DNA of 61,120 nucleotides, filler included, from Sphacelaria rigidula (lineage: Eukaryota), in the NCBI GenBank assembly GCA_964200075.2. It is 9 parts of 9 records of this genome, joined end to end, with 100 filler letters (N's around TTAATTAATTAA, not from the genome) between each part and the next. Parts side by side here need not be neighbours in the genome. Positions count along the whole stretch, not along the records: positions 34,013 to 40,714 come from CAXNAA020018521.1; positions 40,815 to 47,516 come from CAXNAA020018522.1; 7 more parts are not named here. One strand, 5' to 3'. The position numbers and the translations under genes are program-made. Positions 35,089 to 45,708 of this stretch are shown one piece after another. The stretch's first letter is position 1. Each line of letters begins with the position of its first letter. Below the pieces are notes generated by a model. The model made no database searches. It was given only the letters and a program-made list of their open reading frames with translations, and had not been told where the DNA came from.

Positions 35089-36971
35089 CGAGCTGGGCCA
35101 GGGTTGAGGCGGATTCAAGTTTGCAGGCCCATGCTTCCGCAAATATTTAGAATTGGACCCTGAATTTTGGTATGGACAATGAAGAGGGCATGAAAATAAG
35201 TGATACGTCGGCACCAAAAGTTATTCATCTATGTTTTTCATGAGTTGAGGGCATTTTACTGATACCTGAAAACTGACTATTGCTATTATCTCATGAAAAT
35301 ATAAAAAAACTTTTTGTGCAGGCGTAGTTTTTTTTCACGGCCTATGCATTGGCCATACCAAATTTCAGGGCCCAACTGTAAAAATTGGTGGGGGCATGGG
35401 CCTTCAAGAATCCGGGTCGGTAAAAATTCGGAACAGTATATTGCAGGCCACTCACCGGCCCATGTTTGGTTTTCGTGTATTAAAATTTCGTGTGGGCGCT
35501 CTCCAAGGCATAATTAACTGAACAAAGTGGGTTGATTTTCTTCATTATTTTTCACCGATTTAGGGCGTTCTACTTTGGTAAAGATCAATTCTTGAGGAGA
35601 ACGCTCTACCCTGGATGAAAAAAATAAAATAAAAAAGGCCCATTTTTTTTTATTCGGTACTCTTTTTCTTGTAGTTCTTCACACACCAAAATTCGTCGCT
35701 ATCCGCTACATGGGTAGATCGGGAGTTTCACAGAGATTTTTGTATTGGCGCTATCTCCCTTAGGTATAGGAATTACTAGACATGGGGTTTAAATAACGAG
35801 AAAATATGGGCCCAAACTTTTGAGTAGATGGGCACCTTCCCCTTGATTAGACGATCAACCCTTTTGGGACCGGGCTCCAGAACGATCAATGAGGCTGCTC
35901 AGGAATGACGTGTCTGGCGTCTTCACGAAACACTGAAGTGTTGCTGAAAATCCGCGTATGTACCTGCAGGGTTATGACGAAGACCGAAAGTTTCATTTAG
36001 TCTATTATCAGGTGCACAGGTGCAGTGGTGTACATCTGATGTACCAAGCAGTATGGGTCGCGGTAGAGAGCTTCCAACAGGAAGCGGCGACCGGCGGGCC
36101 GCCCGCCACTTGTGACTTTGGATAATACTTTTGTCCTCATCACCTTCATACACAGCCCTTTGAGGTCGGGGCGGGCCGCCGTTGCCCCCTTTCTAGCAAG
36201 CGGCGAATTCTCTTCGAACGGTATCAGTGTTGCGGCAGGCATGCATGCAACAGTATCGTACAGTAAAGTACAGTGTAGTACGCCTCTCCGACTGAAGCAG
36301 CAGCTGCCGCTGCATACCCCCTTGCACGTTCTGGGCAATTCTCAGCTACCGAGATCAACTGCCTATATACCGCTTCTTCATCCCCGCCCACTACATACAT
36401 GTTGACTGCACCCTGCAAGTCATCGCCAGAGGGATAAGCAGAACTCATGACAGTAGATCATTTTGTCTTTCCACAGCCCACCTGGTTTTAGGGCGTGGTG
36501 AAAATGACAACATGGTAGCATGTACACTCCTTCCCGGCTTTTCCGGTCGACCCTGTGTTGGTGTAAATTACCACGTTTTAGTGGGGAATTGAGACCCAAA
36601 AAACCCACCGGAGAACTCGGGAACGGTATACTGAGTGCAAGTCATATCATATAACCAAGCTCCGACCGCCCTGCGCTTGGAAACCTGCGAAGGCTTATCT
36701 GGGGCAGAGATTTGGTCCCCACACGATCTTTACAGTGAAATCATACTCGCCAGCAACCCCAGCACTGGTCGTTCGGGTCTGGTCGATAAACTTCGCCTCG
36801 CTCGAAGACTTGTTTTTTTTATTATTTCACCAACACAGGGTCAACCCTGTGTTAGAGGGGGTCGGGCCCAAAAGGGTTAATACGATACGCGGATCATGGC
36901 TCAACTCGTCTGTGTCGATGAGATGTTGCTTTTATTGCTTGAATCCGTTCTTAGGCTACTAGCCTAGCTCG
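35089..36971. mobile_element. TA-flanked TIR element (Tc1/mariner-like, non-autonomous) hosting a piggyBac-like insertion; internal fold-back at 35110-35414
   Basis: TA|CGAGCTGGGCCAG...CGGATTCAAG at left; reverse complement TA|CGAGCTAGGCTAG...CGGATTCAAG at right. Confidence 0.65.
35859..36876. mobile_element. Non-autonomous piggyBac-like element, copy 1 (1,018 bp)
   Basis: TCAA|CCCTTTTGGGACC...GGGCCCAAAAGGG|TTAA; colinear with 41655-42706. Confidence 0.88.
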
Positions 36972-38108
36972 TACGAAAGAGCAGGTGCTGGATTTGAATC
37001 CCTTCTTGAACACCGTCTTTTATCGAAAAAACATTTGTGTTTTCCTCTTCTTCCTTCATGCCTTTTTTTCGGTATAAAGGTCTCAACTTTTGACACCCTG
37101 TAGTTTTGCTCCCGGTCAACGGGAAACATATATATTCTTCACAGTGTACGCCTACAGGTGGCAATATATAGCCAAGATTCCACGGGTAAAAAACCGGCTG
37201 AAAAAAAAACGTTTTCGCCGCCATCTAACAGGGAAAACGACACGGTCTTTTTCCTTACTGATCAAATCTTCGGCAAATCCGTCTGGAGCCATAAAATCCA
37301 TGGAAGGGGATGAAAACGAACCATCCCGTGTTTTAGGCCATTTCTCCAACAGTACCACCATTGGGAGCAAGACAAAAAAGTGAGGCAAAAAACTCATTAC
37401 AACGCTCTGAACGACAAACCGGTCTGAAATTCCGAATTCCCAAATGAGAATTATATATTCGGACAGAGGGAGTACACAATAAACGAAAAAAACGAGGCAT
37501 ATCACCAGCACGTGTGATAATATAGCGCGATCGGCGGTATCATAGGTTTGTCTCATGGTCTTCCTCCAGTATATTTCTATCATCATTTTTTTTTTTGACT
37601 GAAGCTTCCTCCCTGGGGCAGTGATTTTCGTTGCTTCATTGTCCACCCCGTCGCCCGTCGCGCATCGTGTCTGGTTCTCGTTTCCCAGTCTCCAGGGTTG
37701 ATCCTCGTGAGTCATGCGGCGACGGTATAACCCAGAAATCATGTGTATTTCCATGGGAAATAGAGTCCCAGGCTCAGGCTATTCCAACTCCACTTGAAGA
37801 GGCTCGACAGCAGTAAGCGTGCTTCATTTAGGAGCTTCTCAGTGACTACAACCACGGAAAAGTAATGCTAGTAAAATTCCTCGCTCATCCCCGGGATACA
37901 TTCAGTTGGCGATATCTCCCCGCGTTCTTGAGATGTGTCCGGTGGAGGGAATATCTACTCTGAGATCGGCCCAGCTCATGATATCAAGTGATTTATTTCA
38001 CTTGATTCACTCACCCTCGGTTCAGGAGACTTGCCTGAGCTAGACCATCACCAAGTGACGCAACAGTTCACAAACTGGGGGAGGTGATCCATTATCGCGT
38101 GGGGGTAC

Positions 38109-38276
38109 CTTGCAATCATTCTGGAAAGCCTCGTTAGCGCGCTTCTCGAGGGGATGCTCGGCGAAATCATAGTCGCCGATCCTGCTACGCTCCTTTGCTG
38201 CGAACGCTCCACCGACCAAATCGTCGTCGACGTCCTCAACGGGATCCGCGGCCACCACCTCTTTCTCCGGTTCCTC
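38109..38276 (-). CDS. Candidate internal exon, unknown protein (EEPEKEVVAADPVEDVDDDLVGGAFAAKERSRIGDYDFAEHPLEKRANEAFQNDCK)
   Basis: 168 bp, phase 0/0, AAG|GTAC donor, AAG acceptor in an atypical A-rich context, coding-like composition. Confidence 0.6.
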
Positions 38277-39578
38277 CTTTTTTTTTGTTGTATTTTTTAA
38301 TTTCGAGACGCGCCGTTGTGGCAAACACAAGCAAATCGGGAAGAGGAACGACAACACCGAACACGCGCATCCGTCTACCGTGAGTTCATCCGTTCAATAT
38401 GATTATGCATGACTTCATTTGATACGCGCGATTTTGACTGAAATTGTTCACCGATACGGGCTCGGGCTCAAAGCTGCAGGATTGCCGCGGAGGACCGGAC
38501 CATGCGGCCGACGACAGAAAAATTGGAGTAGACGAACAACCCCGACTAATTTTCAGGAAAAGAACAGTTGGTTGTCAGGAAAGCCAACGAAAAATCCGCA
38601 GCTGTCATAATCCATCACCATTCCAACCGAAGGCATCATCCATGTTTCAGTTTAGCGCTTGTGCTGAACAAACCGATCTTCGTTGAGTTTGAAAAGAAAC
38701 GGGCAAGCAAAATAGAACGAGTCAAGACGACGAGAAAGAGACCCAACTGAATATTTCTACTCGAAATGGTATCGTACAACATTCTCAATATGTCAAGTTT
38801 AGTCGTCCTTCACCCTCATGCCCCGCAAGAGACGGCAATGCACCATGAACCAATGAATTCTAATACAATTTTAATTCCACTGGAACGTACAACTCAAAGT
38901 GCCAAATCTATGGACAATCCTCTCGCACATGTGGAGAATGATTACATTTTTACCGTCAAAGGCAAAGGTTCACCTCACCTTTGGTACAAAAATGTTCAGA
39001 AACTCAGCGCACTGGATGACCGTATCCCGGCAATTGTTGTTGAAGGCCTCCAGGTAGGAATCGATAACATCTGGGGAACATTTCGAGGGATAAGAAAACA
39101 AAAGGCAGAGTATAGCAAATACACGTATTTCTACAACGGTGATCAGGAAAGCAAAGAATGTACTTGGCATATAACATGCACCAAATCCTAGCAGCAGCGC
39201 AGGGGAAAAAGAAAAAAAAGACCCCTGAACGTGGTATTATGGTTATGTGGGGGTGTTGGCGTCGTCGGATTTTCACTGATGATTGGTAGGTACCAAACAC
39301 CCAGAAAACCTTTTCACGGATCCCCTTGTAACTATCGTAGAAAAACTACCATCATCCTTAACCTCGACAGTTTGGTAGATACGGCTGCTCTGGGTGGAAA
39401 ACGGCGAAATAACATGCCAGAAGCCGGTGCAAATAACCTCAACATGGAACATTCGAAATCGACTCGTCCCGAGGTACACAAAGGAACGATTGTACAAAGT
39501 ATCGTTGCTCAACTCGAAGAGTTGAACCCAATCGGTCGATTTTTTGCTCAAACGCACAAGGAACAGGTTGATGGCATA

Positions 39579-40180
39579 CGAGCTGGCCGAGCAGGAAATC
39601 CCGCATTTGCATGTCACACCATTACTCATCACGTTCACCAAATGAGACCGACTCGGGAAAATCGCTGTGAACTGCATACCAACTTGGTAACGCACGGCAC
39701 CGCCGCTGAATAAAGAAAAAAATGAAAAGAATGCACTGCAATATATGACCCGAACGACCGAACGAAAAAAAAACGAAAATATGTCGGGATTCAAGCTCGT
39801 GACCTCCATAACTGGAGTCTACTGCATCACTTGGATTAAATAGGGTGCAGCGGTGTCACACAAAAGGTGCCCGGCTGCGGCCAATTCCGATAAATTCTGG
39901 CTGAAATTTTACCAGGATCTCCGGCACGCAAGTTAGCACAACGTATCTGGGGATGCTGCCGTTTTTATTTGTTTTTGACGGAGGTGTGGCATTTTCTTCA
40001 GATGTCGCGAAAACTTTGAATCGCTCGAACTCCTTGTCATGTTTTGTTTCCGAGACATCCCAAGAAATGCTACGCGTGTTGACGATAAAAATGTCGTGTC
40101 AACATTTCCGCGCCAAACTCCTCAATATCCACGGCCGGACCCGGAAACGTTGGAAAATCACCCTCACATGACCCAGCTCG
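39579..40180. mobile_element. TA-flanked CGAGCTGG TIR element, homologous to 51474-52367
   Basis: TA|CGAGCTGG...CCAGCTCG|TA, with shared internal blocks ATCGCTGTGAACTGCA...CACGGCACCGCCG, TTCTGGCTGAAATT and GATAAAAATGT. Confidence 0.8.
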
Positions 40181-41654
40181 TACCACTACAAAAATATTTA
40201 GGGGGATTTCGGAAACATTTGCAACACTTCAACGCATACGCGGGCAATTTCTCACGTGTAATTTTCGAGTTACACTGGTCACCCCGGTGGCTCAGTTGGT
40301 AACCCCAAAATCTTCTGACGGTTGGGTCGTGCGTTCGAATCTCGGAGTGATCTGGGATTCTTCTCACACAACGCCCAACAGTGGAGAGCGACCATGTCGT
40401 GGGTACACAAAATTCTACTCAACGGTCGACGAGGGAAAGGCATTGCTGAACCCCTCTCGTGACAGACAGACCACAAACCAGTCAAGAGGAAGAAGAACAA
40501 CAACAAGAAGCATCAGCAGCCCCATCGGTTCTCCGCGACGCGTCAGCACCCGTCCAAGACCTGGATGCGACCATCGCTCGCACCAACCCGGACCTCGATC
40601 CTTCCCTCCAGTCACTGCATCCTACAATGTCCAAGATGCAGAAAACATTGAACGATGTGCTGGATGCGCGCAAGCCCGGCGAAGACCTACCTGCTTGGGC
40701 CGTCTGACGGCCCANNNNNNNNNNNNNNNNNNNNNNNNNNNNNNNNNNNNNNNNNNNNTTAATTAATTAANNNNNNNNNNNNNNNNNNNNNNNNNNNNNN
40801 NNNNNNNNNNNNNNAAGGGATCAGCCCATCTCTCCCCCGGTACGTGCCTTTCATTTTGGTCTCGCGGATTGGATCAGCACTCCCGCACCGCGTCTACTCA
40901 CGTCACACAAATCCAGTCGACTATTTTGTTTTCTCACGTTCTCAAGCTTTCCACGGTGGAAATTATACATTACGAAGAAAGAACCCAATGCATCGGGAAT
41001 CGAACTCCATTCCCTCCACCCTAATGGCTAAATTCGGACCACTACACCACCGGGGCGCGGCGGTATTTCTGATTGTATATCTGCGGAGCACCTTGCTTCC
41101 CGGAAAATGTCGTCTTTAAAGCAGGGATGACTGTATATCTACAGTATACATACATATTCACCTCGAAGGAAGGAGGTAACATCACCGAAAACGTGCCCAG
41201 CGAACGGTGTCCCGGGTGGTGAATTGGTACAAGTGACACTGCTAGGGTGGGCAAGAAGACGTGTTTCATTCCTTCCCATTACCTGCGTGTGCAGTTTATC
41301 GTTTTTTTTCTCGAAGTATCTGATGCTCGTCCTTGAACGCGTGGGGAACGTCAAAAGCGAAAATAGTCTACTTTGCTGAGGTTGCTACCCTGTAATACTT
41401 GGACGACAAACGATAGTCGACGCGGCGCCGCGGTAGTGCTATTAACCCAATCCGCGATGGTACCGAAATGTGTGGCATGTACTAAATATATATACCGCGG
41501 GAGAGATGGGTTGATTGATCCCTTGAGAACACGGACTCGTTCAGAGAAAGGCAAGAGGTGTAGAGCGCCACGGAAAGAAGGGGGGAAAGTGCGCTGACGG
41601 CACTCGGCTTGAGCCGTGGGTGTACACAGGGCTGATAACTCATGACTTCCTTAA

Positions 41655-42706
41655 CCCTTTCGGGACCAGGCCTCCAGAACGACCAATGAGGCTGGTCAGG
41701 AATGACGTGTCTGGCGTCTGCACAAAACAGTGGCGTGGTGCTGAAAATACGCGTATGTAACCGCAGGGTTGTGACGAAGACCGAAAGTTTCATCTAGTCT
41801 ATTTTCAGGTGCACAGGTGAATGGTGTACATCTGATGTAGCAAGCAGCATGGGTCGCGGTAGAGAGCTTCTGACAGGAAGCGACGACTGGCGGGCCGCCC
41901 GCCACTTGTGGCTTTGGATAATACTTTTGTCCCCATCACCTTGCCACACAGGCCTTTGTGGTCGGGGTGGGCTGCTATTTCCCCCTTTGTTGCATGCGGC
42001 AAATTATCTTCGACCGGTATCAGTGTTGCGGCACGCATGCATGCAACAGGATAGTACAGTACAGTACAGTACAGTACAGTGTAGTGTAGTACGCCTCTCC
42101 GACTGAAGCAGCAGCTGCCGCTGCATACTCCCCTGCACGTTCTGGGCATTTCTCAGCTACCGAGATCAACTGCCTACATACCGTTTCTTCATCCTCGCCC
42201 ACTGCATACATGTTAACTGCACCCTGCAAGTCATCGGCAGAGGGATAAGCAGAATTCATGACAGTAGATCATTTTGTCTTTCCACAGCCCACCTGGTTTT
42301 AGGGCGTGGTGAAAATGACCACATGGTAGCATGTACACTCCTTCCCGGTTTTTCGGATCCACCCTGTGTTAGTGTAAAATACTACGTTTTAGTAGGGAAT
42401 TGAGACCCCAAAAACCCACCGGAAAACTCGGGAACGGTATGCGGAGTGCAAGTCATATTATATAAACAAGTTCCGACCGCCCTGCGCTTGGAAACCTGGG
42501 AAGGGTTATCTGGGCCAGGGATAGGTTCCCCACACGATCTTTACAGTGACATCATACTCGCCAACAACCCCAGCACTGGTCGTTCGGGTCTGGTCGATAA
42601 ATCTCGCCTCGCCGTGATTGGGCAGGTCGCTCGAAGACTTGTTTTTTTTATTATTTCACCAACACAGGGTCAACCCTGTGTTAGTGGGGGGTCGGTCCCA
42701 AAAGGG
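41655..42706. mobile_element. Non-autonomous piggyBac-like element, copy 2 (1,052 bp)
   Basis: TTAA|CCCTTTCGGGACC...GGTCCCAAAAGGG|TTAA, with intact TTAA TSD and CCC/GGG termini. Confidence 0.92.
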
Positions 42707-42959
42707 TTAATGTCGAGCTAGGGCTCCGGTTGAGGATACGAATATCCAACTGGCGCTGATTTTCCTTGACCCGAGCCACTCATCACCCCATAGGCGTGGG
42801 TGACAACGCGGCTGCTCGAAATTGAGGTAATTGGGTAGAACAGTCTCGCTGCATAAAAGCGGCCCACGTGTCACGTCATATACTACACACACACAAGATG
42901 TATGTGAATACTGTAATCAGAGCCGTTCTCCTTTCTCGAGACGAGTCCCCGCTTTCAAG

Positions 42960-42990
<31 letters not shown>

Positions 42991-44120
42991 CGCTTCCGAG
43001 AAGATTTTGAAGAATATCATGGCCCGCTTTCAAAGGAATCAACCCGTCTCCCCCGCTGCCGTACCGTGAGCCTGGTCTGGCGAAACACGGCGTGCTCCGT
43101 CCCGGCTTTGTAGGGATGCGAGGTCAATGGCCATATGACTGGCATGCAATATCACGAGTACACCCCCCCACTGCCGCACCTGTCTGCTATTCCGGCTGTC
43201 ATCGTGAAATTAGATCAGTGCTTCCGCACCGCGCACCGCTTCGACTCTCGGCAGTTTCTACCGTGCTCCTCGCGTCCCCACGTTGTTTTCGACGTTGGAA
43301 ATCAGACATCTTCATAGTCAGAGAACATCGGTCGTGGAGACTGCTGTTGAAGCCCAGTGCATGTTGCTGTTAGAATGACTCCCGCTGTAGCTCCACTTGA
43401 AAGCCCGGGTCCTCGAGTATTGGGTTGATGTGTGAACCAGAAAAGATTAAATGTGGGTGTCTGTCTCCCGTGTGTGAGGTGTTGAAATTGGTTGGTGTAG
43501 ATATGCAAGCGTGTTTTTCGGCATTTTGTTAAGGCTAATCAATATGGCGCACTGAGTCGTGAGTGCTATGGACACCCACTACCTGCAGAAGGGATCGACT
43601 GAAGGCTGTGAAGTCTTTTGCCTGTTTTCCCACGCCAAAAACGCTGCCGAAGCGCTAAAATACGTTTTTTTGTCATTGTCCAGTTTTGCCCATGTGAGAA
43701 GTAGTAGTCTTACTCCGCTTTTTCTCGAAACGAATGACTTCGCAGGCTCGAGGGATTCAGTCATAGTTACACCGGTACTTGCCTGACAATCAATGAAGGA
43801 GCATTGGGTCAGCACTTCCGCAGCATGTCCACTTTTGTCGAATATTGCGTACTGCACTTTCTGTTTTTTTTTGTGTCACACTTCAAACCCCTCCCCTTTC
43901 TCCGGACAAGTTCTGCGGTCTCGAGGGATCAACTCACCTCTCCTCCGTACACATGCTTACATAGATGAATTACAAGAGCTCCCCGAAAAACATTCAACGC
44001 CTTGCGAATGCAGAATTCCAGGGTGATCTGTGGAGTATCTTCCTCGCGTTCGGTTATTCGCTCATTGAACTCTTCCCGTGGTTGTGCGTATTCATCTACG
44101 TGTATGTATATATTTTTTTG

Positions 44121-44430
44121 TTCTTGGTCTTTACTCTTGCCGAGAAATTCGGGAGTTGTCCCTGTTTAATGCTGATACGGCGCTACTTCGTTCACTCCTG
44201 TTTTTTGGGGGATGCAGGTTTCATGTGAGTACGTGCGATACAAGGGGAAAGTCTCATGCTGTCGAATAGAAGAGCATCGCGTTTGTATAAATAACTGTTG
44301 TTGGTCTTGACTGTTGCCGACAAATTCGGGAGTTGTTCCCATTCAATGCTGATATGGCGCTGCTTCGTTCACTCCTGTTTTTTGGGGGATGCAGGTTTCA
44401 TGTATGTACGCACAGTACAAGGGGAAAATC
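44121..44430 (+). repeat. Tandem duplication (~130-bp core, ~178-bp period)
   Basis: AAATTCGGGAGTTGT...CTTCGTTCACTCCTGTTTTTTGGGGGATGCAGGTTTCATGT occurs twice. Confidence 0.9.
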
Positions 44431-44586
44431 GCGCTTGTACACTACGTATGGAGTGTGCTGTAGTGGTGAGTTGTGCGGAAATGTCGTCACAATATCTGCA
44501 CATCTTTCTCATATTATATTACACTGTTTTTTGTATCGTATTTTATCGTATCGTATCCTTGATTATTTTTCTTCTACTCGCAACAG

Positions 44587-45708
44587 CAGCAAAAGTCTAG
44601 CGGCGGCGGCGGCAGTGGTGTAGAGCATGTCGATAATAAGCAGCAGAAGAAAACCGGCGACGACGACACGAAACGTCCCCCCGGAATTACCCAGAATGGA
44701 TTTTCCAACAGCGGCCTTGACTCTGCGGTATCGAGGGGTGAAGAGGCGGGGCTGCCGAGCAATGGGAATATCGTCTACAAGCGGGGTGGGAAGGAAACCG
44801 AGAACGATCCGAGTAGCGCTGAAGATCGAGATGTCAACAGCGGCAGCAGTGGCTGTAACGGCAGCGATGATGGCGGCCATAAACCCCGGGAAGCATATGG
44901 CGGAGTGGACGGGCGTGGGGGCGGTGCTGAGCGTGCGGAGACGGCACAAAAAGGGAACGAAGAGAGCACGGATGAAGGATTGGTCGTGGCGGCGTTAGCG
45001 AGGACAGAACCAGCGGCGGAAGAACAAGGGGAGGAGAAGCGGGACGAGAACGAGAACGGCGAGGAAGGGGAAGAGGAGGGGTTGCTGGAGTGGAGCAGTC
45101 TCACGGCCGTGCGCGTGGTGAGCGGTCCCACGATAGCTGAGCTTGAAAAACGGAAGAAAGCCATGGAAAAATGGAATTCTTTGTTGTGCCCGACCGCTAC
45201 GGCCGAGAGTGCATCGCCCGAGGCGGGTACATCATCGGCGGGTGTGGCATCGGCGTCGCCGGCACCCGGTACCGGATCGACATCGAAGACCTCGGGGGCA
45301 CCGATGAAGGGGTCACTAGGTGACGGCGACTCTGTGTCGGCAGCGGACGGAAGTGGAGGCGACGGTGGCAGCGGCGGTAGCAACGCGGGTGCACCGGTCA
45401 CGCCGTCATCGGGCAAGAACATCAACCGACCCTCCCCGCAATCGGCGTCGGGGAGCGCTGGAAACGAGCTGAGCAATCGCGGCGGCGGTGATGGTAATAA
45501 CTTCTCTGTTGGGCGTGGTGCAGTGGGAGGAGGGCGTGGAAGGCTGCAAACGCCGAAGCGGGGGTCTGGCAAGAAAAAAAAGCAGGGTGGTGGTCGTGCT
45601 GGTTCTGTAGGCGTAGGGCGGTTGGTGGCTGAACTAGCGAAAGCGGGGGTGTTGTCATCATCTCCGTCAGGGATAGCTGGAAATCCGACCGTAGCCCCTC
45701 CTTCTTAG
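44587..45708 (+). CDS. Probable terminal exon encoding a long Gly/Ser/Glu-rich low-complexity C-terminus (~373 aa), unknown protein
   Basis: Pyrimidine tract with CAACAG acceptor. The frame is open from 44587 into the 44905-45708 ORF and ends at TAG. One ordered patch: LLEWSSLTAVRVVSGPTIAELEKRKKAMEKWNSLLCP. Confidence 0.72.
   Translation, partial: QQKSSGGGGSGVEHVDNKQQKKTGDDDTKRPPGITQNGFSNSGLDSAVSRGEEAGLPSNGNIVYKRGGKETENDPSSAEDRDVNSGSSGCNGSDDGGHKPREAYGGVDGRGGGAERAETAQKGNEESTDEGLVVAALARTEPAAEEQGEEKRDENENGEEGEEEGLLEWSSLTAVRVVSGPTIAELEKRKKAMEKWNSLLCPTATAESASPEAGTSSAGVASASPAPGTGSTSKTSGAPMKGSLGDGDSVSAADGSGGDGGSGGSNAGAPVTPSSGKNINRPSPQSASGSAGNELSNRGGGDGNNFSVGRGAVGGGRGRLQTPKRGSGKKKKQGGGRAGSVGVGRLVAELAKAGVLSSSPSGIAGNPTVAPPS

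Noticed and set aside
40277..40350. tRNA gene
   Set aside because: A and B boxes are present, but there is no convincing cloverleaf and it continues into a shared SINE body found in several copies.
44775..45572. 265-aa Pro/Ser-rich minus-strand ORF
   Set aside because: Antisense shadow of the plus-strand exon, which has a splice acceptor and a longer open frame.
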